A DNA stretch of 64,000 nt from contig JBJEWS010000010.1 of assembly GCA_051885175.1 (NCBI GenBank), positions 264,675 to 328,674 of the forward strand, given 5' to 3'. Below, piece after piece: positions 41,540 through 52,136 of this stretch; position 1 is the first letter of the stretch; each line of letters starts with the position of its first letter. Made by a program: the position numbers and the translations under genes. This DNA is from Cellvibrio sp. GTDB lineage: Bacteria > Pseudomonadota > Gammaproteobacteria > Pseudomonadales > Cellvibrionaceae. Below the pieces are notes generated by a model that was not told the origin of the DNA, did no database searches, and was given only the letters and a program-made list of their open reading frames with translations.

Positions 41540-41749
41540 TTACTTAGATTTGAAGAACCTTAAGAGCCAAGCAACCCCAAACGCGATTACCATAATGATA
41601 ACGACCAAAAGAACGATCGCAATTAAAAAGTCCAAGACCTCACCCCAAGTCAGCCCCCAACCGTAAACGGCCAAGAATATAAAACATGCTGAGGCAATCA
41701 AGTTGATAGCGAGCCCGCGCGAACGGAAAAAACGTTTGAGCCAAAACAT
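41540..41749 (-). CDS. Small two-TM membrane protein
   Basis: 69 aa with two hydrophobic helices; ends at the terminator. Confidence 0.65.
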   Translation of the reverse strand: MFWLKRFFRSRGLAINLIASACFIFLAVYGWGLTWGEVLDFLIAIVLLVVIIMVIAFGVAWLLRFFKSK

Positions 41750-41752
41750 GGG

Positions 41753-41932
41753 CTATTTCACAAAAATCAAAACAACGGGAACAAACACCGCCAAAGCAAT
41801 AGCTTTTACAAGAAAGCTCTGCTTAAGACGAGAGTATTTTTGAAAATACTCTAAATTAGAAACCGCCAACTGAGCGCCAATATAAATTGCTGCAAAGAGG
41901 ATAAGAATTAGAACTGCGTTTTCTTCAAACAT
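41753..41932 (-). CDS. Small two-TM membrane protein absent from the ORF track
   Basis: Hand translation MFEENAVLILILFAAIYIGAQLAVSNLEYFQKYSRLKQSFLVKAIALAVFVPVVLIFVK (59 aa); fills the gap exactly (13 bp after cysS, 3 bp before the next ORF). Confidence 0.6.
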   Translation of the reverse strand: MFEENAVLILILFAAIYIGAQLAVSNLEYFQKYSRLKQSFLVKAIALAVFVPVVLIFVK

Positions 41933-41945
41933 TTATATTGGCCTC

Positions 41946-43340
41946 TTATGCTCGGCGCCACTGGCTAGTGCCGTCTTTAGCGTCTTCGATAACGATGCCT
42001 AGTTCGGTTAACTGCTTACGAATCTCATCAGCGCGCGTGAAATTCTTAGCCTTCTTCGCTTCGATGCGTTCTTGCACCAAGGCATCAATTTGTTGCTCGG
42101 AAATTTGGTCATCCCCACCAGACTTCAAAAAGACATCGGGCGCCTCATTGAAAATGCCTAAAATTCCACCCAATGCTTTGAGCTCTGCGACTAATGGATT
42201 GGCTTTCGCAGGATCACCCTTAGCGGAGTTGATTTCGCGCACGAGATCGTACATTCCCGCCAAAGCAACTCGTGTATTAAAGTCGTCGTTCATTGCAGCA
42301 ACAAACCCGCGATAGTGTTCAGAGTCGGCTAAAGTCGAAAGTTCTGCCGCAGGCACTTGTTCGTAACCACGCAGAGCCGCATAAAAGCGCTCTAAACCAG
42401 CACGTGCCTCGACTAAGTTATCTTCTGCATAGTTGATAGGGCTCCGATAATGACTACTAATCAATAAAAATCGAACAACTTCTGGATGATATTTTTCTAA
42501 CACATCGCGAATAGTAAAAAAGTTACCGAGTGACTTCGACATTTTTTCACCGTCGACTCTCACCGCGCCCGCGTGCATCCAATAATTAACGTATTTACAA
42601 CCGTTAGCGGCTTCACTCTGAGCAATTTCATTCTCATGATGTGGGAATGGCAAATCAGGTCCACCGCCATGAATATCGAAAGTCTCACCGCAACAGTGCT
42701 TACTCATCGCCGAACACTCGATGTGCCAACCCGGGCGTCCCAATCCCCAAGGAGATTTCCAAGCTGGCTCACCCTCTTTGGCGGCTTTCCACAACACGAA
42801 ATCGCGAGGATCCTCTTTCACCTCATCGACTTCAATGCGCGCGCCAGACAAAAGCTCGTCTGGGTTTTTGTTGGTAAGCTTCCCGTAATCTTTAAAGCGA
42901 GTCACGCGGTAATACACATCGCCATTTGGTGCGGCGTAAGCGTAACCTTTATCGATGAGGGTTTGATTCATATTGAGAATATCGTCGATATGCGCCGTCG
43001 CGCGAGGCTCGATGTCGGGTCGAGCGATGCCGAGCTTGGCCTCATCTTCATGCATAGCCTCGATAAAGCGTGCTGTGAGCGCCGTGTAATCTTCACCATT
43101 CTCATTGGCTCGACGAATAATTTTATCGTCGATATCGGTGATGTTACGGACGTAAGTAACATCCCAACCTTGGCTACGCAAGAAACGCGTAATTACATCG
43201 AACGCTACCAACACTCGTCCATGCCCAATATGACAATAGTCGTAAACGGTAATGCCGCATACGTACATCGATATTTTGTTGGGTACCAATGGCTTAAACA
43301 CTTCTTTTTGACGAGTGAGGGTATTGTAAATCTGCAACAT
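41946..43340 (-). CDS. cysS: Cysteine--tRNA ligase
   Basis: CGITVYD, HIGH, GWHIECSAM and KMSKS motifs. Confidence 0.97.
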   Translation of the reverse strand: MLQIYNTLTRQKEVFKPLVPNKISMYVCGITVYDYCHIGHGRVLVAFDVITRFLRSQGWDVTYVRNITDIDDKIIRRANENGEDYTALTARFIEAMHEDEAKLGIARPDIEPRATAHIDDILNMNQTLIDKGYAYAAPNGDVYYRVTRFKDYGKLTNKNPDELLSGARIEVDEVKEDPRDFVLWKAAKEGEPAWKSPWGLGRPGWHIECSAMSKHCCGETFDIHGGGPDLPFPHHENEIAQSEAANGCKYVNYWMHAGAVRVDGEKMSKSLGNFFTIRDVLEKYHPEVVRFLLISSHYRSPINYAEDNLVEARAGLERFYAALRGYEQVPAAELSTLADSEHYRGFVAAMNDDFNTRVALAGMYDLVREINSAKGDPAKANPLVAELKALGGILGIFNEAPDVFLKSGGDDQISEQQIDALVQERIEAKKAKNFTRADEIRKQLTELGIVIEDAKDGTSQWRRA

Positions 43341-43359
43341 AAACGCGTCTCTATTACAC

Positions 43360-43385
43360 AAAAAAGGCGATAATATCGCCTTTTG
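43360..43385 (-). terminator. Terminator-like hairpin between glnS and cysS
   Basis: AAAAGGCGAT-aat-ATCGCCTTTT with a 6-T run on the minus strand. Confidence 0.7.
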
Positions 43386-43396
43386 TTGTTGACTTA

Positions 43397-45097
43397 TTAA
43401 TCATCGATTTTCGCAAAACTGTCTTTGAGGCCGATCGTTCGATTAAACACCAAACGCTCTTTCGTCGAATATTTACTATCTAAACAAAAATACCCTTGAC
43501 GCTCAAACTGATAAGTAGTGCCAAGGGTAGCCTGAGCTAAACTCGGTTCTGCTTTAGCATTTTCCAAAATTTCGAGATTGCTGGGGTTGATCGCATCTAA
43601 GAAATTTTTGCCGCTAGTATCTGGCGCTTCATCATTAAAAAGACGATCGTACAGTCGGACTTCGCAGTCGACACTATGAGCTGCTGAAACCCAATGAATA
43701 ACTCCTTTCGGTTTAACCCCATCTTCTGGATCTTTACCTAGCGTGTTCTCGACAATACGAGCAATCACTTCGATCACTTTGCCGCTTTCGTCTTTAACGC
43801 AAGATTCGGCCTCAATCACGTAAGCACCACGTAAACGCACACGCTTACCTAACACTAGGCGCTTGTATTTTTTGTTGGCTTCCTCACGGAAGTCTTCATC
43901 TTCGATGAATAACGTTTTGCTGAATACTAATTCGCGTGAACCAAGATCTTCTCGATTGGGGTGGTTAGCGACACTTAGTTTCTCAACTTTATCATCGGGA
44001 TAATTCACCAAGGTTAGTTTGAGCGGGCGCAACACACACATCGCACGCGGCGCATTTTTATCTAAATCATCGCGAACACAAAACTCTAGCATCCCCACAT
44101 CGACAACGCCGTCAGCTCGGGTGACGCCAATGCGCTCGCAGAATTCACGGATCGATGCTGGGGTATAACCACGTCTACGCATACCCGAAATAGTTGGCAT
44201 TCGAGGGTCATCCCAACCGTCGACGAAGCCCTCATCCACTAATTGCTTCAATTTACGCTTACTAGTGACCGCGTAATTAATATTTAAACGAGCAAACTCG
44301 TATTGGCGAGGCTTCGCGGGAACCGATAAGTTTTCGATAAACCAATCGTACAATGGGCGATGTGATTCAAATTCCAGCGTACAAATTGAATGGGTAATTT
44401 GCTCAATCGCATCACTTTGTCCGTGCGCAAAATCATACGACGGATAAATACACCACTTATCACCGGTTTGATGGTGGCGCGCCTTTTTGATTCGATAAAT
44501 AATGGGATCACGCAAGTTAATATTGGGCGACGCCATATCAATCTTTGCGCGAAGAGAACGCGCACCCTCTTCGAATTCGCCATTGCGCATTTTCTCAAAG
44601 AGCTCTAGGTTTTCTTCAACGCTTCTGTCACGGAAGGGGCTATTCTTGCCCGGCTCTGTGAGAGTACCGCGATACTCACGCATTTGCTCGGCTGAGAGAT
44701 CACATACAAAAGCTTTGCCGGCTTCGATTAACTCGATAGCCCACGCGTAAAGTTGGTCAAAGTAGTCTGACGTGTAGCGGACTTCACCAGCCCATTTGAA
44801 TCCTAGCCACTCGACATCACGCTTAATGGATTCGACGAACTCTTCGCTCTCTTTTTCGGGATTGGTATCGTCAAAGCGAAGATTGCACACGCCATTGAAC
44901 GTTTGTGCCATGCCAAAATTTAAACAAATCGATTTTGCATGACCAATATGTAAGTAACCGTTAGGTTCGGGCGGGAATCGCGTGATAACCCGAGAGTGTT
45001 TACCCTCTTCCAAATCTTTACGAATGATTTGTTCGATAAAATGACTTGGCTTAGTCTTGACTTCGCCTGTGTCTACTGACGAGTTTAAATCGCTCAT
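43397..45097 (-). CDS. glnS: Glutamine--tRNA ligase
   Basis: [20 protein letters not shown] and DDPRMPT motifs. Confidence 0.97.
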   Translation of the reverse strand: MSDLNSSVDTGEVKTKPSHFIEQIIRKDLEEGKHSRVITRFPPEPNGYLHIGHAKSICLNFGMAQTFNGVCNLRFDDTNPEKESEEFVESIKRDVEWLGFKWAGEVRYTSDYFDQLYAWAIELIEAGKAFVCDLSAEQMREYRGTLTEPGKNSPFRDRSVEENLELFEKMRNGEFEEGARSLRAKIDMASPNINLRDPIIYRIKKARHHQTGDKWCIYPSYDFAHGQSDAIEQITHSICTLEFESHRPLYDWFIENLSVPAKPRQYEFARLNINYAVTSKRKLKQLVDEGFVDGWDDPRMPTISGMRRRGYTPASIREFCERIGVTRADGVVDVGMLEFCVRDDLDKNAPRAMCVLRPLKLTLVNYPDDKVEKLSVANHPNREDLGSRELVFSKTLFIEDEDFREEANKKYKRLVLGKRVRLRGAYVIEAESCVKDESGKVIEVIARIVENTLGKDPEDGVKPKGVIHWVSAAHSVDCEVRLYDRLFNDEAPDTSGKNFLDAINPSNLEILENAKAEPSLAQATLGTTYQFERQGYFCLDSKYSTKERLVFNRTIGLKDSFAKIDD

Positions 45098-45221
45098 GGC
45101 GTAAATTTATCCAAATACAATGAAAGCGTGAAATGGGCAGGGTTAATTAGTGCGCATTGTACCCATTTAGCATTATTAGGGCTATGAATTTGGGCGGCCA
45201 AGCGCACTAAGACATTGAATT

Positions 45222-46361
45222 TTAAGGCGCCGAACTTGATGTCTGTGCACTTGACGACGATTTGGGCGGGGGCGCTGCTCGATAATCTGCTCGTCGGTTG
45301 AGCTGATATTTACGAACCGCTCGATTGTGCTCGGCCAATGTTTTTGAGAAATGACTCGTTCCATCGCCCTTGGCCACAAAATATAACGCATCGCCCTTGG
45401 CCGGATTTAGCGCCGCTCGGATCGCCGCTCGGCTTGGATTACTAATGGGCGTTGGCGGCAAACCGGAAATAACATAGGTATTGTAGGGTGTTGGGGTTTC
45501 AAGATCTTTACGAGTAATCTTGCCCTTAAAGCGATCACCCATTCCGTAAATTACCGTGGGGTCGGTTTGCAGTTTCATTCCTACCTGAAGTCGTCTTACG
45601 AATACCCCTGCGACATCACCACGTTCGGCCTCGTGGCCAGTTTCACGCTCCACAATGGACGCCATAATAAGGGCCTCGTAAGGCGTCTTATAAGGCGTTG
45701 AAGGATCACGTTTTTGCCATTCCTCATTAAGAGCCGTCTTCATGCGCTCATACGCCTGGCGCAGAATATCGATATCCAAAGTTCCTCGGTGATAAACGTA
45801 AGTATCTGGGAAAAACCAACCCTCAAGAGCTCCTTTAATACCCAGCACTTGCGCTATCTGCTGCTGCGTTTTATTGGCTAGCGTCTGGTCGAGCGTTTCT
45901 GAACGAGCCAATGCAGCCAGAAATTGACTGACCGTCCAACCTTCGATAAATGTAATTTGATTAACAATCACATCCCCTGCCACCAACTTGTTAATCAACA
46001 CTGTCGGCGTAGCACCCACGTCTAGCCGGTAATCGCCAGAATGGATTTTATTAGACGGCGTGAGTCGCGCATAAATGCGAAGAATATCGGCATGTTTTAA
46101 CACACCTGCCGCCTCAAGATCCCGCCCGACTCCAACCAGCGTCTGACCGGGTTTAACCTGAAATTCGTAGGGCGATTCAATATTTAAAGGTGAAACAAGC
46201 CAGTGCTGGTAATAGCGCCACGCCGAGTAGGTCACGCCCATGGCGATTATGGTGCCAAGCAAAAATAACACCCCTAGAAAACGCCAAATAGACCTAGTAT
46301 TCTCAACTCGACTAGGTATTGTTTGCTTAGGGGATTCGTTTGAAGGTGAGTTATCAGTCAT
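45222..46361 (-). CDS. mltG: Endolytic transglycosylase MltG
   Basis: FFPDTY, ASIVERE, LQTDPT, YNTY and GLPPTPI motifs. Confidence 0.95.
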   Translation of the reverse strand: MTDNSPSNESPKQTIPSRVENTRSIWRFLGVLFLLGTIIAMGVTYSAWRYYQHWLVSPLNIESPYEFQVKPGQTLVGVGRDLEAAGVLKHADILRIYARLTPSNKIHSGDYRLDVGATPTVLINKLVAGDVIVNQITFIEGWTVSQFLAALARSETLDQTLANKTQQQIAQVLGIKGALEGWFFPDTYVYHRGTLDIDILRQAYERMKTALNEEWQKRDPSTPYKTPYEALIMASIVERETGHEAERGDVAGVFVRRLQVGMKLQTDPTVIYGMGDRFKGKITRKDLETPTPYNTYVISGLPPTPISNPSRAAIRAALNPAKGDALYFVAKGDGTSHFSKTLAEHNRAVRKYQLNRRADYRAAPPPKSSSSAQTSSSAP

Positions 46362-47193
46362 TTCTAAATTGCTGCATCACTAAATGTTGTAGATGGCGCG
46401 CGACCTGCATTGAGGTGGATGTCCAAATAAGCCTATCACCATCTATGATTTCAATAATGGGTAAAACCCCCACTACTGCATTAGTAATAAGAATTTCTTG
46501 AAAGCGGTCCAAATGATGAAGCGATATTTTCCGCTCAGGAATATCGAGCTTCGTCTTCAAAAAATCCCTCATAACGCCCTGCACACCACAATGGTCGATT
46601 ACTGGTGTGACGATATCCTCTCCCGCGAAGAGAAGGTTACCTGAAATCGACTCAATAAGATTTGAATCATAATCAACCATAAGGCCATCATCGTACTCAT
46701 CTTGCCACTCAGCTCGTGCAATTACCTGATCAAGTCGATTCAAGTGCTTAACACCCGCTAGTATTCCCTGCCGTCCAAGTCGATGCTCGCAGATTCTAAC
46801 CCGTAAACCATTGGACCAACCAAGGCTCTCTTCCAAGGCTGCAGCAGGCATTACCATAACCATGAAATTAACGGTGGCTGATCGATCAAATTTATAACCA
46901 CGCCCCCCAGACTGCCGAGTCACGATAATTTTGAGCACTGCATGTCGAGCTTCGATAGTTCGTGAGTCGCTTAGCGCTTTTTGAACTGCTGACTCAACAG
47001 AAGCAGCATCAATATTGAGCTTCAAGACACTTGCGCCGCGTATCAGGCGCGCCAAATGTAACTCCCACAAAGGAATTACACCTTTTACCACCCGACAGGT
47101 TTCGAAAATGCCGTCACCATAGGCTATCCCGCGATCTAATCCCACGTTCGGATTAACCGCTTCATTATTAAGAAAACAGATGGGAAGTGCCAT
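46354..47193 (-). CDS. pabC: Aminodeoxychorismate lyase
   Basis: DRGIAYGDGIFET and KHLNRLDQ (PLP Lys); position after fabF. Confidence 0.92.
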   Translation of the reverse strand: MALPICFLNNEAVNPNVGLDRGIAYGDGIFETCRVVKGVIPLWELHLARLIRGASVLKLNIDAASVESAVQKALSDSRTIEARHAVLKIIVTRQSGGRGYKFDRSATVNFMVMVMPAAALEESLGWSNGLRVRICEHRLGRQGILAGVKHLNRLDQVIARAEWQDEYDDGLMVDYDSNLIESISGNLLFAGEDIVTPVIDHCGVQGVMRDFLKTKLDIPERKISLHHLDRFQEILITNAVVGVLPIIEIIDGDRLIWTSTSMQVARHLQHLVMQQFRND

Positions 47194-47230
47194 GATTGCC
47201 CCAGCAGCTCAGAATCTTTTTTGTCACAGC

Positions 47231-47272
47231 ATAAATTAAAAAGCCGAACTTTCGTCCGGCTTTTTAATTTAT
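47231..47272 (-). terminator. Terminator after fabF
   Basis: ATAAATTAAAAAGCCG-N10-CGGCTTTTTAATTTAT. Confidence 0.8.
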
Positions 47273-47295
47273 CAGCGAATTTTCGCGAACGAAGG

Positions 47296-48537
47296 TTACA
47301 CTTTCTGGAAGATCAAGGAACCATTCGTTCCACCAAATCCAAATGAATTCGATAAAACCGCATCAATTTTGCGCTCTTGCGCTTTGTGAGGCACTAAATT
47401 GACACCCAAGCAGGATTCATCGATGTTATCGAGATTTATTGTCGGTGGAGCAATTTGATCGCGAATAGCGAGAACACTAAAAATCGCCTCAACCGAACCC
47501 GCTGCACCCAAAAGGTGACCAATCATCGACTTAGTAGAGCTCACGGCAACCTGATCAATTGCACTGCCCCATACACTCTTAACCGCTTGGCATTCCGCTT
47601 TATCACCAGCCGGCGTCGAGGTACCGTGCGCATTCACATAGTGAATTCGATCAACAGAAATACCTGCATCTCTAATGGCATTTCGCATTGAAGCCGCCGC
47701 ACCCGAACCATCTTCTGGCGGTGAGGTCATGTGGTATGCATCACCACTCATACCAAACCCAATAAGTTCGGCGTAAATTTTCGCACCGCGTTTTTTAGCG
47801 CTTTCATATTCTTCAAGCACCATAACACCCGCGCCGTCACCCAAAACAAAGCCGTCACGGTCTTTATCCCAAGGGCGACTGGCCGCCTGAGGAGCATCGT
47901 TGCGGGTCGAGAGCGCGCGTGCCGCAGCAAATCCACCAAGCCCTAAAGGCGTAGTGGCCATCTCGGCTCCACCGGCGATCATCACATCAGCATCACCACA
48001 CTGGATCATGCGCGCAGCAAATCCAATACTATGTGTGCCTGTGGTACAAGCAGTGGTGATAGCGATATTAGGGCCACGCAAGCCATACATGATCGATAGA
48101 TTGCCAGAAATCATATTGATGATGGCGCTAGGTACAAAGAAAGGAGATATACGGCGCGGACCTTTAGAGGTAAGAGTCGAGTTACCCTCTTCTATCGAAC
48201 CAATACCGCCAATACCAGAGCCAATGGAGACACCTATGCGGTCACGATTCTCATCGGTAATGTCTAAACCTGCATCGCGGATCGCTTGAATGCCTGCCAC
48301 CATACCGTACTGGATGAAAGGATCCATTTTGCGAGCTTCTTTGCTCGGAAAATATTGCTCCACATCGAGATCACGGACTGATGCGCTAAATTGCGTGGTG
48401 AAGGCGGAAGCATCGAAAGTCGTGATTGGTTTCACGCCGCTCACTCCATTCACAATACCTTGCCATGTATCGGCAACGGTATTGCCCAACGAGGTGATCA
48501 TCCCCAGCCCCGTGACAACAACTCTTCTACGTGACAC
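47296..48537 (-). CDS. fabF: 3-oxoacyl-ACP synthase II
   Basis: [24 protein letters not shown] and NSFGFGG motifs. Confidence 0.96.
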   Translation of the reverse strand: MSRRRVVVTGLGMITSLGNTVADTWQGIVNGVSGVKPITTFDASAFTTQFSASVRDLDVEQYFPSKEARKMDPFIQYGMVAGIQAIRDAGLDITDENRDRIGVSIGSGIGGIGSIEEGNSTLTSKGPRRISPFFVPSAIINMISGNLSIMYGLRGPNIAITTACTTGTHSIGFAARMIQCGDADVMIAGGAEMATTPLGLGGFAAARALSTRNDAPQAASRPWDKDRDGFVLGDGAGVMVLEEYESAKKRGAKIYAELIGFGMSGDAYHMTSPPEDGSGAAASMRNAIRDAGISVDRIHYVNAHGTSTPAGDKAECQAVKSVWGSAIDQVAVSSTKSMIGHLLGAAGSVEAIFSVLAIRDQIAPPTINLDNIDESCLGVNLVPHKAQERKIDAVLSNSFGFGGTNGSLIFQKV

Positions 48538-48638
48538 TTAAAGTCTCTCCTTTGCAGGACTATTATTACACTCAGATTCGATCATGACGTGTAAATTTTA
48601 ATGACAAGGCACGAGCCTTATCCTTATGCAAAAGAAAA

Positions 48639-48667
48639 AGCCGTACTATTTTTCAATAATACGGCTC
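48639..48667 (-). terminator. Terminator after acpP
   Basis: AGCCGTA...TACGGCT imperfect stem with a T-run on the minus strand. Confidence 0.65.
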
Positions 48668-48697
48668 TTCCGAATTTAAATTCAGTTGGCAGAAAAA

Positions 48698-48934
48698 TTA
48701 TGCCAAGTTGGCATTGATGTAATCGATAGCCAATTGAACGGTAGTGATTTTCTCAGCTTCTTCGTCTGGAATTTCAGTTTCGAATTCTTCTTCGAGAGCC
48801 ATTACCAACTCTACGGTATCCAAAGAATCAGCGCCTAGATCTTCTACGAAAGAAGCTTCGTTTTTTACTTCGTCTTCTTTAACACCAAGTTGCTCGGCAA
48901 CGATCTTTTTAACGCGTTCTTCAATGCTACTCAT
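48698..48934 (-). CDS. acpP: Acyl carrier protein
   Basis: [11 protein letters not shown] motif. Confidence 0.98.
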   Translation of the reverse strand: MSSIEERVKKIVAEQLGVKEDEVKNEASFVEDLGADSLDTVELVMALEEEFETEIPDEEAEKITTVQLAIDYINANLA

Positions 48935-49024
48935 GTCTTATGTAACTCCTAGTGGTTGTTAATTCGAAACCGTCCAATTCAAGTGGCCATAAGGGCCAGG
49001 AAGCTTCGGTTAAAATCGTTCGGC

Positions 49025-49053
49025 ATTCTACAACGAAATTATCGGAGTTGTAA
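49025..49053 (-). promoter_or_regulatory. Candidate sigma70 promoter of acpP
   Basis: Minus strand TTACAA-N17-TAGAAT. Confidence 0.5.
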
Positions 49054-49119
49054 TGCCAAAACCTAAAATAGTTTAGCTTTTAATAATCAATTGATATCAA
49101 TATCGCAATATCAATTCAC

Positions 49120-49869
49120 TTATGACATATACATGCCGCCATTGACGTGAATCGTTTCACCCGAGATATAAGCCGCGGCATCGCCTGCCAAAAACACCAC
49201 AACTGAAGCAATCTCTTCTGGCGCCCCCAAACGACCAAGAGGAATGCGTGACATTAATTGCGCCTTTTGCTCTTCCGGCAAAACTTTAGTCATGTCGGTA
49301 TCGATGAATCCAGGGGCAACCGTGTTGACGGTAATATTTCTAGAACCCACTTCAGCGGCGAGCGACCGTGCAAAACCGCCCACTCCAGCCTTGGTTGCAG
49401 CATAGTTTGCCTGACCCGCATTACCCATTGAGCCAACCACAGAACTAATGTTAATAATGCGCCCCCAGCGTGCTTTCATCATTCCGCGCAGCACAGCTTT
49501 ACTTAAGCGATAAATAGAACTCAAGTTGGTATTGATAACATCAAACCACTCCTCGTCCGACATGCGCATCAGCAAATTATCTTTGGTAATGCCCGCGTTA
49601 TTAACGAGAATTTCGGGGGCACCGAACTCTTCGGTGACTGATTTGAGCAAACTCGCGACCGACTCAGCATCGGTAACGTTTAATACCTTACCCGCGCCAC
49701 GAATACCTAACTCAGCAAGTTTTTCTGAAATTTTTTCCGCACCCGACTCACTGGTAGCTGTCCCGATAACAATAGCGCCCGCTTTACCCAATTGTTCAGC
49801 AATCGCCGCTCCAATTCCTCGACTCGCACCAGTGACCAGCGCAACTTTATTTTCAATCGACATATTCAT
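49120..49869 (-). CDS. fabG: 3-oxoacyl-ACP reductase
   Basis: TGASRGIG, NNAG and YAATK motifs. Confidence 0.97.
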   Translation of the reverse strand: MNMSIENKVALVTGASRGIGAAIAEQLGKAGAIVIGTATSESGAEKISEKLAELGIRGAGKVLNVTDAESVASLLKSVTEEFGAPEILVNNAGITKDNLLMRMSDEEWFDVINTNLSSIYRLSKAVLRGMMKARWGRIINISSVVGSMGNAGQANYAATKAGVGGFARSLAAEVGSRNITVNTVAPGFIDTDMTKVLPEEQKAQLMSRIPLGRLGAPEEIASVVVFLAGDAAAYISGETIHVNGGMYMS

Positions 49870-49907
49870 CTCACTTAATCATTTGCTTTAATAGCAAAAT
49901 ATTATTC

Positions 49908-50849
49908 CTATAATGCGGTGAGGACCGCCGCGACTTCTTCGGTTTTTTCTATCGACAAGGTGGTTAAATCACCGTTAATGCGCTTATTTAATCCCGATAA
50001 CACTTTACCTGGTCCACATTCGACGGTTATCGAAACACCTTTTCTAACCATAGTTTCAACACATTCAACCCAACGAACAGGGCTATAAATCTGCTCAATC
50101 ATTAACTCACGAATTTTAGACGGATCAGATTCGGTGTCTGCAGTGACGTTGTGCACAACTGGGATGTTGGGCGCATTGAATGGCGTGGCGTTAATGAGCT
50201 CAGCCAAGCGATCAGCGGCAGGTTTCATTAATGATGTGTGGAACGGAGCACTCACAGGTAGCGGCAATGCACGCTTGGCGCCCGCCTCTTTACAAAGCGC
50301 ACCGGCACGCTCAACTGCAGCTGCAGTTCCCGCGATAACCACTTGGCCAGGTGAATTGAAATTTACCGCCGTAACCACTTCACCTTGAGCGGCTTCTTCG
50401 CAAGCCTTTAGGATAAGATCATCGGCCAAGCCAATGATAGCCGCCATTCCACCTTGGCCAGCTGGCACAGCTTCTTGCATGTATTTTCCACGCAATTGGA
50501 CTATCTTAATGGCCGCCTTAAAGTCGACAACGCCCGCACAAACCAGTGCTGACCACTCACCCAAACTGTGTCCTGCGACCAATACTGGCTTTGGCGCGTT
50601 GGGCTGTTCGGTCCAAACCCGCCAAACTGCGACACTCGCTGCCAACAACAAAGGCTGGGTGCGCTCGGTCATGTTGATATCATCTTGAGAGCCATTTTGG
50701 ACCAAGTCCCACAAATCGTAGCCAAGCACTTCTGACGCTTCAGCGAATGTTGCCTGAACCACTGGATAAGTCGCTGCCAAATCAGCAAGCATGCCGATTT
50801 TTTGAGAGCCCTGACCGGGAAACACGAAGGCGAGATTTTGTTGAGTCAT
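49908..50849 (-). CDS. fabD: Malonyl-CoA:ACP transacylase
   Basis: FPGQGSQ, GHSLGE and SAPFH motifs. Confidence 0.97.
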   Translation of the reverse strand: MTQQNLAFVFPGQGSQKIGMLADLAATYPVVQATFAEASEVLGYDLWDLVQNGSQDDINMTERTQPLLLAASVAVWRVWTEQPNAPKPVLVAGHSLGEWSALVCAGVVDFKAAIKIVQLRGKYMQEAVPAGQGGMAAIIGLADDLILKACEEAAQGEVVTAVNFNSPGQVVIAGTAAAVERAGALCKEAGAKRALPLPVSAPFHTSLMKPAADRLAELINATPFNAPNIPVVHNVTADTESDPSKIRELMIEQIYSPVRWVECVETMVRKGVSITVECGPGKVLSGLNKRINGDLTTLSIEKTEEVAAVLTAL

Positions 50850-50873
50850 AATCTTGTACTTTTCGTTGTTAAA

Positions 50874-51884
50874 TTAATGTTCACTGGATTTTGAATTTGA
50901 CAAGGCGATTGAAATTTTTTCCGGCAATCGATTTTTGACCTGATCACACGCCAACCGGATTGAGGTCGCAAATCCCGTAGCATCAGAATCGCCGTGAGCC
51001 TTCACAACCACTTTTTGGAGCCCTAAAAATACTGCGCCATTGTAAGCAGACGGATTCAAATCCCGCTTCAAATTATTAAGAACAGGAGATGAAATCACGG
51101 CTAAGAATCGAGAGAATATATTTCGACCAAAAGCAGCTTTGATTTTTTCGACAATAAATCGAGCAACCCCTTCGCTTGCTTTAAGCGCAATATTTCCCGA
51201 AAAACCGTCGGTTACAATTACGTTTACATCCCCATTAAAAATACGGTTAGCCTCTATGAAGCCAACATATGCTTCTCGAAGCTCGGCCTGAAATAATAAC
51301 TGGGCCTGCTGAACTTGCTCCGTGCCCTTATGAGATTCGGCCCCAATATTAAGAAGCCCCACTCGAGGAGCCTCGACACCTTGAGTACGCACGAATTCTC
51401 GGCCCATCAGACCAAATTGCAACAACTGCGAGGGAGTAGCATTAGGAGCCGCGCCCAAATCAAGTAATGCTGTTACATTTTTTTTGGTTGGCACAACACG
51501 ACATATAGCAGCACGCTCGACTAACTCATGGCAGCCAATGAGATGTTGCGACAATAAAATTAGTGCACCTGTATTACCGGCACTGACACAAGCATCAACC
51601 TCACCCACCGCCAGGAGCTGCAAACTCTTACGCATTGACGATTCTTTTTTATGTCTCAATGCGACCGTTGGCAGATCATCCATTGCGACAACTTGAGTGG
51701 CCAATAAAAAATTAGCTCGTTCAGCTGGCAAAGAAACCATCATTGACTGGACAGAGGCATCCCCAACAAGTGTTAGCCTAACGTCAGGGATTTGGGAAAG
51801 GAGATTTTGGCAAGCATCAATAACAACACGGGGACCTAAGTCCCCGCTCATAGCGTCTACCGCTATATGTATTTGCGCCGACAA
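50874..51884 (-). CDS. plsX: Phosphate acyltransferase
   Basis: IAVDAMSGD, SAGNTGA and DGFSGN motifs. Confidence 0.93.
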   Translation of the reverse strand: MSAQIHIAVDAMSGDLGPRVVIDACQNLLSQIPDVRLTLVGDASVQSMMVSLPAERANFLLATQVVAMDDLPTVALRHKKESSMRKSLQLLAVGEVDACVSAGNTGALILLSQHLIGCHELVERAAICRVVPTKKNVTALLDLGAAPNATPSQLLQFGLMGREFVRTQGVEAPRVGLLNIGAESHKGTEQVQQAQLLFQAELREAYVGFIEANRIFNGDVNVIVTDGFSGNIALKASEGVARFIVEKIKAAFGRNIFSRFLAVISSPVLNNLKRDLNPSAYNGAVFLGLQKVVVKAHGDSDATGFATSIRLACDQVKNRLPEKISIALSNSKSSEH

Positions 51885-51910
51885 GTGAGTGCTCGTCGCT
51901 TAAAACGATA

Positions 51911-52093
51911 TTACTCGTTTGCGCCTTTGTCGATCACTTTACGACCACGGTAAAAACCATCGGCAGTAACGTGATGACGCAAATGTTTCTCACCGCTGGT
52001 CGAATCAACTGATAAAGTTGGGCCAGTCAAAGCATCGTGAGAACGACGCATGTCGCGCTTTGAACGAGATTTTTTGTTTTGTTGAACAGCCAT
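51911..52093 (-). CDS. rpmF: 50S ribosomal protein L32
   Basis: [19 protein letters not shown]. Confidence 0.97.
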   Translation of the reverse strand: MAVQQNKKSRSKRDMRRSHDALTGPTLSVDSTSGEKHLRHHVTADGFYRGRKVIDKGANE

Positions 52094-52136
52094 GGTTTGC
52101 TCCTATTTACATACTCACTAGAACCGAGGCGCCTCG

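Noticed and set aside
42573-43373. 266-aa ORF antisense to cysS
   Set aside because: Fully overlaps a well-supported essential gene, has no RBS and no recognisable motifs; consistent with a codon-bias shadow ORF
50849-50874. Missing fabH between plsX and fabD
   Set aside because: Same arrangement as in Pseudomonas, so not unusual
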